In this document: positions 1 to 8,040 of the stretch, piece by piece
Position numbering within the stretch: the stretch's first letter is position 1
Layout: every line of letters begins with the position of its first letter
Source of the DNA: Clostridium sp. CAG:411
GTDB lineage: Bacteria > Bacillota > Clostridia > Lachnospirales > Lachnospiraceae
Assembly (NCBI GenBank): GCA_000437275.1
Contig: FR899730.1
Coordinates: forward strand, 45,534 to 109,533
Direction of reading: 5' to 3'
DNA: 64,000 nt
Notes under the pieces: model-generated
What the model was told of the DNA's origin: nothing
The model's database searches: none
The model's input: only the letters and a program-made list of their open reading frames with translations
Position numbers and translations under genes: made by a program

Positions 1-275
1 TCCAAAACAGAAACGCGATTATTGATTATGTTGAGCAGTGGGGATACTTTCTCCACTGGGTAAGAATCCATTGTATTTAGCATTTCTACCGCATTTTTTA
101 TTGCTGTAATAGGGGAACGTAAGTCATGGGAGATATTGGAAAACATTTGGGTTCGTGCATTTTCCTCATCCAATAGACGTTTATGTGTCTTGGCAAGTTC
201 CAGATTCGCAATGATTAATTCAGCAGATAGTTCTTCTACAGATAAATCTGGAGTTTCAAATTTCTTTTTATTCAT
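1..275 (-). CDS. Histidine kinase, N-terminal part; the gene runs off the window edge. It starts directly at a HisKA dimerisation/phospho-acceptor motif, with no transmembrane sensor domain.
   Basis: My reverse-strand translation from an ATG at 275-273 reads MNKKKFETPDLSVEELSAELIIANLELAKTHKRLLDEENARTQMFSNISHDLRSPITAIKNAVEMLNTMDSYPVEKVSPLLNIINNRVSVL. It contains the H-box SHDLRSP, and GAAAGGA sits 9 nt upstream as an RBS. The gene is absent from the ORF track because there is no stop inside the window. Confidence 0.6.
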   Translation of the reverse strand, partial: MNKKKFETPDLSVEELSAELIIANLELAKTHKRLLDEENARTQMFSNISHDLRSPITAIKNAVEMLNTMDSYPVEKVSPLLNIINNRVSVL

Positions 276-390
276 AAATAGTATCCTTTCTATCCTAGCT
301 GTTCGTTATTACAAAGAATATCGTTCGGCAGGAATTTGGTTGTATGCGGATAGTTATAAAAATAGTATGTAGGATTGCATGTTGCCTGAC

Positions 391-1083
391 TTATTTGGAT
401 TTAAAACAGTAGCCTTTCGACCACACACTTTCAATCAACGTAGAGCAACCTGTATAAGTTTCTAATTTTTTTCTAAGACGACTTACATTAACCATGATGG
501 AACGTCTGTCACTGTCAAGGTAAGAACCCCATACTGCCGTTCCAATTTCTTCAAAGGTACAAGTTTTACCAACATTCTGCGCTAAAAATGAAAGTAGGTC
601 AAACTCTTTATTCGACAGTGGGATATCGGTTTCCTGCCAAGTAACCTTATGAGCCAGCAAATGGATACAAAGGGGCGGAAACTCCAAAACAGAAGAATTG
701 TCCTCCTTTGCTTTCATTTGTTGGCTTCGTCTGATATTTACCTCAATACGTGCCGCCAGTTCTCTTAAACTGTAAGGTTTTATCATATAATCATCTGCAC
801 CAGATAATAATCCAGTGATTCGATCTTCTTCTGTAACTTTACCAGATAAAAAGATAATAGGAACATCAGAAAAACTGCGAATGGTTTTGCAAAAAGTAAA
901 GCCATCTGTTTCGGGTAACATAACATCCAAAATGATACAGGAGAACGTGTTACTTTTGATATATCGCATTGCTTCTTTGGCAGAAGCGGCAATAGCAACT
1001 AAGTATCCTGCATCTTCAAAATAGGATTTGTTCATTTCTAACACTTCAGTATCATCATCAACCAATAAAATCTTATGCTTCAT
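391..1083 (-). CDS. OmpR/PhoB-family response regulator (receiver plus winged-helix DNA-binding domain)
   Basis: The N-terminus reads MKHKILLVDDD...ILDVMLPETDGF...SGADDYMIKP, which gives the receiver acid pocket and K. The C-terminal ~100 aa have the winged-helix pattern (LS.KEFDLLSFL...VSRLRKKL). The gene lies just upstream of the histidine kinase on the same strand. Confidence 0.85.
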   Translation of the reverse strand: MKHKILLVDDDTEVLEMNKSYFEDAGYLVAIAASAKEAMRYIKSNTFSCIILDVMLPETDGFTFCKTIRSFSDVPIIFLSGKVTEEDRITGLLSGADDYMIKPYSLRELAARIEVNIRRSQQMKAKEDNSSVLEFPPLCIHLLAHKVTWQETDIPLSNKEFDLLSFLAQNVGKTCTFEEIGTAVWGSYLDSDRRSIMVNVSRLRKKLETYTGCSTLIESVWSKGYCFKSK

Positions 1084-1148
1084 ATAATCAGCCCCTTAAA
1101 AATAAAATATGGTACTTCTTATTTTATTATATATTATTTTTGTTTTCA

Positions 1149-1177
1149 TTGACAATTGTTTTTGCAAAAATTATAAT
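1149..1177 (+). promoter_or_regulatory. Consensus sigma-70 promoter (TTGACA-N17-TATAAT) driving the lasso-type cluster
   Basis: TTGACA sits at 1149-1154, followed by a 17-nt spacer and TATAAT at 1172-1177. The first CDS starts about 95 nt downstream at 1272. Confidence 0.5.
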
Positions 1178-1271
1178 AAAAAGGATTATAGTTATTTTTA
1201 GTTTTAACGAAAATACGTGTCCGTTTGCTTCAAGCGGCAGGAAAAATGTAAAACTTATGGGGGAATGAAAA

Positions 1272-3167
1272 ATGTCTGCTGTGTATGGAATGTGTCATTG
1301 GGAAAATTTGGAATATGAATCACAAATAAAAAAGATGGAATCCGCATTATATCCATATAAAATTGATCGTTATAATACGGAGGAGATGGGGATTGCCGAA
1401 TTTGGTTGTGGCATTCAGCATTTTACGCAAGAGGCAGAACGTGAAATATTGCCATTTAAAGATGAGAGACAGGGAATACTTATGACTGCAGATGTTGTTT
1501 TGGACAATCGTGCAGAATTGATGCGTCAATTAGGGGTCAGTAACCCTGGTGTAGCAGACGGAGAACTGGTATATTTGGCATACTCAAAGTGGGGAGAAGA
1601 ATTTGTAAAACTACTTCGTGGCGTGTTTGCAATTGCCATTTATGATATGCAGAAAAATATTTTGTTTCTGTATACGGACCATACAGGAAGTAGAGCCGTA
1701 AATTATTACAATGGAAAAGAAGGTTTTGCCTTTGCTACGACATTTTCTTGTATTTTAAAAGCATTTCCTCAGATCAGATATAATGAAAAATGGATTACTG
1801 CCTGTGAAGCAACAATTTCACCAGACATGGAAATCTTTAGGGAGATTACACCCTATGAAGGTATCTTTCAACTGGAGGCAGGAACTTATCTGAGAGTTTC
1901 TGAGCATGAATGGGAGAAAAAAGTGTATTGGGAACCCTTGAAGAAAAAGGAAAAACTACCATTTGAGGATACCCACTGCCGAGAGATTTTCCGTTCGACA
2001 TATGAACAGTGCGTAAAAGATGTGTTGCGTTCCAGAAAAAATACAGGAATAATGGTCAGCAGTGGATTAGACTCTACAGGGGTAGCCTGTATTGCTGCAA
2101 ATCAACTGAATAAAGAAGGGAAAAAACTGTATGGATATACTTCCGTTCCAGATGGGGAGTTTCAAAGCAAAGATAAGTATTCAATTGCCAATGAAGCTTG
2201 GGGAGCAGAAGAAATTAAAAAGCAACATGCCAATTTTCAGGTGAATTTAGTTCCCTGTGCTGGAATGGACGGTTTGACAAAGTTAGAAGAATTGACACCG
2301 TTATTAGAGATTCCTACGAAATCAGCCCCAAATGTTATGTGGATTGATGAGATTTACAAACAGTGTCGGGAGCAGGAATGTTATATTTTGTTAAAAGGGC
2401 AAAATGGGAATGCGACAGTTTCTTATGGAAAAATATTAACGAATTTGTTTTACCAGATGAAGCATTTTCATTTTCTTAAGGCTGGAAAAGAGAGAAAGGC
2501 ATTTGCAAAGATGATGGGAGTATCGGAAAAAAGGATTATAAAAGCGTTTTTTAAAGAATGGATACAAAATCATCAAACAGAAGACTATGTGGATAGAACC
2601 ATATTACATAATGATTTAGTTGAAAAATATGAAATAAATAATGCAATCAATGCTATGGTTCATAACTCAGGAGGCGGGATCTTAGATAATGAAGTGCAGA
2701 TGCGCAATTTTATGTTTGATTATATTAACTTTGCACAACTAGGGCTTTACGATACTCGTTTTTCTCTGATACATGGAGTGTTAGTGAGAGATCCAACAAA
2801 GGATAAAAGAATGATAGAGCTTTGTCTTAGTCTTCCAATCGAGTGTTTTGTTCATAATGGAGTGGAACGCAGGCTTTCAAGAGAATATATGCAGGGAATT
2901 ATTCCAGATAAAATTACAGGGATGATTCATCATAGAGGAGAACAAAGCGCAGATTTTATGGAACGAATGAAGCGAAATAAAGAAAAAAATAATGAACAAA
3001 TTGAGAGACTATGTAAAAATAAGCAATTATTCTCCTATATAGATCAACAAAAACTGGAAGTTTTATTGCATAAGTATGAGCAGAAGGAAAAACAGAGGGA
3101 TGAATTTTCGCTGTATGCATTATTGCTCAATGTATGTTCATTATCCATTTTCTTGGAAAAAAGATAG
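1272..3167 (+). CDS. Asparagine-synthetase-like protein; putative lasso peptide cyclase (C protein)
   Basis: The 631-aa product has the PP-loop ATP-pyrophosphatase motif SSGLDS in MVSSGLDSTGVACIAAN, which is typical of the AsnB family. The N-terminal glutaminase region is divergent, as in lasso cyclases. Genes for a PqqD-like protein, a transglutaminase-like B2 protein and a small precursor ORF lie on the same strand. Confidence 0.7.
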   Translation: MSAVYGMCHWENLEYESQIKKMESALYPYKIDRYNTEEMGIAEFGCGIQHFTQEAEREILPFKDERQGILMTADVVLDNRAELMRQLGVSNPGVADGELVYLAYSKWGEEFVKLLRGVFAIAIYDMQKNILFLYTDHTGSRAVNYYNGKEGFAFATTFSCILKAFPQIRYNEKWITACEATISPDMEIFREITPYEGIFQLEAGTYLRVSEHEWEKKVYWEPLKKKEKLPFEDTHCREIFRSTYEQCVKDVLRSRKNTGIMVSSGLDSTGVACIAANQLNKEGKKLYGYTSVPDGEFQSKDKYSIANEAWGAEEIKKQHANFQVNLVPCAGMDGLTKLEELTPLLEIPTKSAPNVMWIDEIYKQCREQECYILLKGQNGNATVSYGKILTNLFYQMKHFHFLKAGKERKAFAKMMGVSEKRIIKAFFKEWIQNHQTEDYVDRTILHNDLVEKYEINNAINAMVHNSGGGILDNEVQMRNFMFDYINFAQLGLYDTRFSLIHGVLVRDPTKDKRMIELCLSLPIECFVHNGVERRLSREYMQGIIPDKITGMIHHRGEQSADFMERMKRNKEKNNEQIERLCKNKQLFSYIDQQKLEVLLHKYEQKEKQRDEFSLYALLLNVCSLSIFLEKR

Positions 3168-3192
3168 GGAGATAATATATGGGGGAATGTGT

Positions 3193-4092
3193 ATGAAATA
3201 TTATAAAATTTTTGGCTATGTAGTGAAAAGTGCGTTTGAGATACAGGAAGCAGTAGAAGTTAAGGAACAGGACTGGGATGTACTTGTCGAGTTGGGGCTT
3301 CCTCCTACAGAAGTAAAAGATGCACTCCAAAAAGGGGAGACTTGCAGAGTAGACCGTAAAATAGCTTGGTTTTACATGCGAGAGATAGGTATGTATTATA
3401 TTGAACAGGGAAGGCATATTATAATATGGAAAGAAAGTGAACAGATGACAACACTGGTTCGAAACTATCATTTATTAGGTTCTGCATTTTCTTTACTTAT
3501 GTTTCAAAGAGAAGTGATCCCTATGCATAGTGGAACCGTGGAGATTGCTGGAAAGGCGGTTGTGTTGCTCGGTGGTTCGGGAGCAGGAAAGTCAACCACA
3601 AGTATGCTCTTAAGGCAGCAGGGAGGAAAGTTTGTTTCCGATGATATTACACCATTGAAATTGAAAGAGGGAAAGGTGATGGTATCTCCTGCGTTTCCTG
3701 TACAAAGATTATGTAGAGATGCTGCACTTCGTCAGGGGATTGATTTGGAAGAACTGACCTATATCAATCCAGAGAAGGATAAATATGCCATGTTTTTGAA
3801 GGAAGGCTATTGTGTGAATGATATGCCATTGGGGATGATTGTAGAATTAACTTTGACCTATGGAAAAGAGCTGCAATTTAGAGAAATAACAGGCATTGAG
3901 AAATTGAAACTGGTCTATCGAAACGTGTTTCAGGGCTTTATGCTTGATGTAATGGGAATTACAGAAAAAATGCACAGGACCGTTTATGAGGTGGCACAGC
4001 AGATTCCTGTTTATCAGGTAATTCGCCCGGTAGAGGGATATTATTCTGATCAGGTTGTGGACTGGATAACAACAATGTTACAAAATTGTTAG
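3193..4092 (+). CDS. HPr kinase/phosphorylase C-terminal-domain-like kinase; putative RiPP precursor kinase (K)
   Basis: The Walker A motif GGSGAGKST is followed by DDITPL, which is the arrangement seen in HprK C-terminal domains. I moved the start from the track's 3076 to the ATG at 3193 (MKYYKIF...), which has GGGGGA 6 nt upstream. The track ORF otherwise overlaps the upstream gene by about 90 nt. Confidence 0.6.
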   Translation: MKYYKIFGYVVKSAFEIQEAVEVKEQDWDVLVELGLPPTEVKDALQKGETCRVDRKIAWFYMREIGMYYIEQGRHIIIWKESEQMTTLVRNYHLLGSAFSLLMFQREVIPMHSGTVEIAGKAVVLLGGSGAGKSTTSMLLRQQGGKFVSDDITPLKLKEGKVMVSPAFPVQRLCRDAALRQGIDLEELTYINPEKDKYAMFLKEGYCVNDMPLGMIVELTLTYGKELQFREITGIEKLKLVYRNVFQGFMLDVMGITEKMHRTVYEVAQQIPVYQVIRPVEGYYSDQVVDWITTMLQNC

Positions 4093-4160
4093 AAAGGTTT
4101 ACAAAGGAATGAAAGAGTGCTACCCTATAGAAGAAGAAAAGATGAATAGGAGGAATTGAA

Positions 4161-4340
4161 ATGAAGAAGTGGAATAATCCTGAAGTGGTTTCATTGGATA
4201 TGAGCTGTACAGCACAGGGAAAACATATTTGTGAAAAGTTTGATGAGATTAGAGTGGATCAGAATGGTAATTATTGGGCAGGTTTCTGCAGTGGTGAAGA
4301 CTCTAAGCCTACTCCATCTGGAGAAGTTATTGTTAAATAA
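4161..4340 (+). CDS. Candidate RiPP (lasso-type) precursor peptide, 59 aa; not in the supplied ORF track because it is under 60 aa
   Basis: My translation is MKKWNNPEVVSLDMSCTAQGKHICEKFDEIRVDQNGNYWAGFCSGEDSKPTPSGEVIVK. AGGAGG sits 6 nt upstream of the ATG. The N-terminus fits the MKKx(3-4)Px(4)LD...T leader pattern I recall for Firmicutes lasso leaders, with Thr at position 17. The ORF lies between the kinase and the B1/B2 genes, and a hairpin follows it. Confidence 0.5.
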   Translation: MKKWNNPEVVSLDMSCTAQGKHICEKFDEIRVDQNGNYWAGFCSGEDSKPTPSGEVIVK

Positions 4341-4368
4341 TTGCAAATAACATAGGACTGATACAAAA

Positions 4369-4400
4369 GGCCGCAGCATATAATGTTGTGGTCTTTCTTT
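4369..4400 (+). terminator. Imperfect hairpin plus U-rich tract after the precursor ORF; possible attenuator that raises the precursor-to-enzyme transcript ratio
   Basis: GGCCGCAGCA (4369-4378) pairs with TGTTGTGGTC (4384-4393) over 10 bp with 3 G-U wobbles, and TTTCTTT follows. Confidence 0.3.
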
Positions 4401-4506
4401 GTACGATGAATGTGGAGAAAAGATGTGATTGGGCTATTAAAAATATTATTTTGAGTGAAAAAGTTTTAATGGTTTAATTGTTTTTTGGAGAATCTTTACA
4501 TTTTTC

Positions 4507-4534
4507 TTGCAATTATCCCAAAAAAAAGTATAAT
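4507..4534 (+). promoter_or_regulatory. Possible internal sigma-70 promoter (TTGCAA-N16-TATAAT) ahead of B1/B2
   Basis: TTGCAA at 4507-4512, a 16-nt spacer, and TATAAT at 4529-4534. Confidence 0.3.
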
Positions 4535-4622
4535 AAAGAATAGGAGAGAAACGTAAAAGAAACAGAATGATATTCGGGATAAAAAGAGTGAGTTGAAATG
4601 ATTTTGAAAGGAAGATGATGGA

Positions 4623-4901
4623 ATGATTAAGAGAGAGGGAAGGGTCAAGATTAAAAATATGCCAAACGTAACAGAGTTGGCAGGGGAAAAGGTTATGGTA
4701 GACTTTACGCATGGAAAGTATTTCATGCTCAAAGGTGTTGGAAATGATATATGGGAAATGCTTGAGGATGAGATAGAGGTAGATTCCATAATCGAAAGAT
4801 TATTGCAAGAATATGAAGTAGAGGAAGAACAATGTGTAGGTTCTACAATTAAATTTTTAGAACAATTAGAAGAACTGGAATTTATAGAGGGAATTGTATG
4901 A
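4623..4901 (+). CDS. PqqD-like RiPP recognition element (lasso B1 protein)
   Basis: The 92-aa acidic protein has the pattern ...VDFTHGKYFMLKGVGNDIWEML...IIERLLQEYEVEEEQCVGSTIKFLEQLEELEFIEG, which is the classic PqqD/RRE signature. Its stop overlaps the B2 start by 4 nt (ATGA), which indicates translational coupling. Confidence 0.8.
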   Translation: MIKREGRVKIKNMPNVTELAGEKVMVDFTHGKYFMLKGVGNDIWEMLEDEIEVDSIIERLLQEYEVEEEQCVGSTIKFLEQLEELEFIEGIV

Positions 4902-5326
4902 ATCTAGTCAAATACATAAAATACAATAAAAATCGTAAGATTACGTTGGAAGCTTGGATTTTTTGTATGTGGTATCGATTTGTGATATTTCATATTCCAA
5001 TGAAATTTTTGGAAAAACACTTAGGGGTTCGAGATGGGGAAAGTCCTATGGAAGTGCAAAGATGTGATTATTATTGGGCAACGAGAGTTTCCTATGAGGT
5101 GAACCGAATTGCAGATAAAACACCATGGGACAGTAAGTGCTTTGTAAGAGCATTGGCAGCTAGAAGAATACTAAAACGTAGAAATGTAAAGACTACATTA
5201 TACTTAGGTGTAGGAATGGAAGATGGAAAGCAGATGATTGCACATGCGTGGCTTCGATGTGGTTCTTTTTATGTAACCGGTGGAACTGGTGAAGAGTTTG
5301 CCATGGTCGCAAAGTTTAGAAATTGA
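4898..5326 (+). CDS. Transglutaminase-like cysteine protease (lasso leader peptidase B2)
   Basis: The 142-aa product has a Cys...His arrangement, CFVRALAARRIL...GVGM...AHAWL, that is characteristic of B2 proteins. The gene is coupled to B1. Confidence 0.8.
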   Translation: MNLVKYIKYNKNRKITLEAWIFCMWYRFVIFHIPMKFLEKHLGVRDGESPMEVQRCDYYWATRVSYEVNRIADKTPWDSKCFVRALAARRILKRRNVKTTLYLGVGMEDGKQMIAHAWLRCGSFYVTGGTGEEFAMVAKFRN

Positions 5327-5347
5327 TTTTGCACCATGGCATTTTTG
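5300..5347 (+). terminator. Rho-independent terminator closing the RiPP operon
   Basis: The stem GCCATGGTCGCAAA (5300-5313) pairs with TTTGCACCATGGC (5328-5340) with one bulge, and ATTTTT follows. Confidence 0.5.
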
Positions 5348-5464
5348 GTATTATGATAAAATGACAAATAAACAGATTAAGATGCAGGGAGAAAAATGGG
5401 TTCCTTGATAAGCGGACGGTTCTGTTATTGAGAATATATTCATGAGTGAAAGGACAGAGGATTT

Positions 5465-6403
5465 ATGAATTTATATATACGGAGGAAAAAAGAAAGAAAA
5501 GTAAGTATGCTTGTGATTTTGTTGTTTTTTATAAGTATATTTAGTGGATGCATTTGGGGAAAGTTCCCTAAAACTGTATATGCAGCAGGTAATCGTATTG
5601 TTATTGATTCTTACAATATTGAAAAAGGAGATTTTACTCTGGGTTCTACAGCGACCATTGCTTTTAAATTAAAAAATATAGGTGGTTCTGTTAATATGAA
5701 AAATATTTATATTCAAATGAGTTCTAATAGTGGAATTACACCTGTATATGGAGAAAGCAATCAAAAATATGTAGATATGCTGGATGCAGGCAGAACTGTG
5801 GAAGTGGTGTTTAAGGTAGATGTGCCTACTACTATTGAGACAGAAAAGGCAGAAGTAATGTTAAAAATAGAATATGAAAATGCAAAAGGTGAGGACAAAT
5901 CTAATCAGGCTACGGTATATATACCAATCAAAAATACAGGTGAATTGGAAATAAACAATGTATCCGTTGCGGACAGTGCAAAAGTAGGAGCAAAAACATT
6001 AATCAGTGTAAGTTATGCAAATGGCAGCGATATAACCTTGAGAGATGCGGTAATAAAGATAGAAGGAAACATAGAGGATGAGGGAACTTCTGTGGAACTT
6101 GGAAATATAGAAACAGGTATTTCTAAATATAAAGATATGTACGTTACTTTTACAAAAACAGGGGAACAACCGGTAGAGTTAACCATATCTTATAAAGATG
6201 CTGAAGGAAAGACCATTACCAAAGAAGTATGCAATGAGACGGTAAACGTAATGGCAGCAGATCAGGTAATAGAAGATACGGATGATAATACACAGGTACA
6301 AACAAACGACAAATTGAAAAAAAATATTTTAAAAATCCTTGTTTTATTCGCTATTGTTGGAGTGTGTGTTGGTATTTTTAGAGATTGGAAGAAAAGAGAA
6401 TAA
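5465..6403 (+). CDS. Membrane-anchored surface protein with tandem beta-sandwich-like domains; function unknown
   Basis: The N-terminus has a basic stretch and a hydrophobic segment (RRKKERKVSMLVILLFFISIFSGC). The C-terminus has a TM anchor and a basic tail (ILKILVLFAIVGVCVGIFRDWKKRE). The middle is rich in beta-strand-like alternating residues. Confidence 0.35.
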   Translation: MNLYIRRKKERKVSMLVILLFFISIFSGCIWGKFPKTVYAAGNRIVIDSYNIEKGDFTLGSTATIAFKLKNIGGSVNMKNIYIQMSSNSGITPVYGESNQKYVDMLDAGRTVEVVFKVDVPTTIETEKAEVMLKIEYENAKGEDKSNQATVYIPIKNTGELEINNVSVADSAKVGAKTLISVSYANGSDITLRDAVIKIEGNIEDEGTSVELGNIETGISKYKDMYVTFTKTGEQPVELTISYKDAEGKTITKEVCNETVNVMAADQVIEDTDDNTQVQTNDKLKKNILKILVLFAIVGVCVGIFRDWKKRE

Positions 6404-6472
6404 TTGGTATACGATAGTTTAAAATACACCCAGAGAAGGAATACCAAGGTGGATAAAGGAGGAATGCCATTT

Positions 6473-7138
6473 ATGGAAATGAAGATAAATATAAAGCGTT
6501 GTTTTTATGAATTGTGGAAAAAAAAGAAGCTGATTGCATTAATTGTTCTTTTAAGCTTTTTAGTAGGCATATACATGATGTTAGACGTGGAGGAAGTAGG
6601 AAATTATTCAGCAACCGCATCCATTTATAGTATGCTTAATTATGGAACGGATGAGGGAACTTCTAGTAGTCAGAAGACTGGGCTTGATGAGTTTTCGGAA
6701 GTAGTAGGAAGTTCTAATGTTGCCAAAAGAGCTGTGGCGATGTTAGATATTGAGTGGATTACAGAGGCGAATATACAGTCGATGTACAATATATCCACCA
6801 GTGGAAACTTTTTATATGTATCTACCTATTCAAATGATAAGAATATTGCAGTAAGTGTGGCAAATGCAGTGGCAGAAGCTTTTGTGGTAGAGTATAAAAA
6901 CTTAACAGGATTAGAAAATGTGCAGGTGTTTGAAAAGGCAGACCATGCCACTTATTATAGTGGAGATGCTACAAATCGAAAATTGACATTGATTATTTAT
7001 ACTGGGGTAGGCTTCTTTTTGATTTGTGTGTTAGTGGTGCTTCGCACGATATTTTCAGCTAAGGTACAAGATTATGGAGAATGTACGTTAGATGGAACGA
7101 TAGAACTTCTGGGTGTGATACCGGAACAGGAAGAGTAA
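6473..7138 (+). CDS. Polysaccharide co-polymerase (Wzz/CpsC/CapA-like chain-length determinant, PCP2b type)
   Basis: Two TM segments flank an extracytoplasmic domain of about 150 aa, and the gene sits immediately upstream of the CpsD-like gene. I moved the start to the ATG at 6473, which has AAAGGAGG 9 nt upstream. Confidence 0.55.
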   Translation: MEMKINIKRCFYELWKKKKLIALIVLLSFLVGIYMMLDVEEVGNYSATASIYSMLNYGTDEGTSSSQKTGLDEFSEVVGSSNVAKRAVAMLDIEWITEANIQSMYNISTSGNFLYVSTYSNDKNIAVSVANAVAEAFVVEYKNLTGLENVQVFEKADHATYYSGDATNRKLTLIIYTGVGFFLICVLVVLRTIFSAKVQDYGECTLDGTIELLGVIPEQEE

Positions 7139-7150
7139 GGAGGATTTAAA

Positions 7151-8014
7151 ATGAGTAATAAAACACTTCTGACGGTTTCTCTACCAGAGAATAGGCAGGT
7201 GGCAGATGAATATGACAAAATTGTAGTAAAAATGTATTTGCAACACCAGCATAATATGCAGAAATGCAAAGAGAGACAGCAGGATAATGATGTTATTTGT
7301 GAGCAGAACTGTTCTACATTTTTAATTTGTGGAACAGACCCTTCTGTTGGAACGAGCAGTGTAGCGTTACATTTGGCAGTAGGTTTGGCAAAATCAGGAA
7401 AACATGTGCTTCTTTTAGACATAGATATGAGAAGCAACAGACAAAAGAAGCTTGTGGGAAAAGATTGCGAACATACATTGGCAAATTACCTGATGGACGA
7501 ATGTGCATTAGACGAGGCTATCGTTGAAACAACAATAGAGCATATGGATTTTATATCTGGGGGGATTGCGGTAGATCCAGTGCAGCTTTTGTGTTCCGCA
7601 AGAATGAAAGGTTTTTTTGAAATTATTAAAAAGGAATATGATATGATATTGATGGATGTTCCTTCCATGGGGGCTTCGGCAGATGCAACTGCAGTTATGA
7701 ATTATTCAGATCAAATTATTCTGGTGGCTGCACCCTATAAGACATACAAAAAGCAGTTGATAGAAAGCTATGAGACGTTTCAAAAATATGGGGGAAATTT
7801 GCTTGGCGTTGTTGTCAATTGTGTGGACCGTTACGGTTATAAAGATTATATGAGAAATGCAGGTTACTATACAGAACACCAAAAGGAAACTTTGTTGGGA
7901 AAAATAAAGAGGAAGCTTGAAAAAAAGCAGCAACAAGAGAAGCCAAAGGAAAAAAAGACGGAAGAAAGAAAAGTAGAGAAGAAAAAAGAAAATAAAAAGG
8001 GTCAGAAAAAATAG
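7151..8014 (+). CDS. CpsD/CapB-like BY-kinase homolog with a degenerate Walker A and no C-terminal tyrosine cluster; probable pseudokinase
   Basis: The region ICGTDPSVGTSSVALHLAVGLAKSGKHVLLLDIDMRS aligns to the CpsD P-loop (GEGKST...LLIDAD), but the Walker A lysine is replaced by Thr, giving GTSS. Walker A' (LLLDIDMR) and Walker B (ILMDVPS) are retained. The C-terminal tail is K/E-rich (EKKQQQEKPKEKKTEERKVEKKKENKKGQKK) and has no Tyr. Confidence 0.55.
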   Translation: MSNKTLLTVSLPENRQVADEYDKIVVKMYLQHQHNMQKCKERQQDNDVICEQNCSTFLICGTDPSVGTSSVALHLAVGLAKSGKHVLLLDIDMRSNRQKKLVGKDCEHTLANYLMDECALDEAIVETTIEHMDFISGGIAVDPVQLLCSARMKGFFEIIKKEYDMILMDVPSMGASADATAVMNYSDQIILVAAPYKTYKKQLIESYETFQKYGGNLLGVVVNCVDRYGYKDYMRNAGYYTEHQKETLLGKIKRKLEKKQQQEKPKEKKTEERKVEKKKENKKGQKK

Positions 8015-8040
8015 AGTCAAGCATAGGGGTGAGAAAATTT

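Noticed and set aside
136-372. 78-aa + strand ORF in the track
   Set aside because: It lies antisense to and inside the start of the histidine-kinase gene (1-275, - strand), which has a good RBS and a HisKA motif. The ORF has no RBS and its composition looks like an artefact.
783-1024. Small ORFs nested antisense or out of frame within larger genes (e.g. 783-998, 815-1024, 1347-1529, 3127-3471 and many others in the track)
   Set aside because: They are fully contained in well-supported CDSs on the opposite strand or in another frame. They have low-complexity, AT-rich translations and no RBS.
3076-3192. Longer N-terminus for the HPr-kinase-like gene (the track start at 3076 overlaps the cyclase gene by 92 nt)
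   Set aside because: The internal ATG at 3193 has a GGGGGA RBS at optimal spacing. Starting there avoids a long overlap with the upstream CDS, and the extra 39 aa have no HprK homology.
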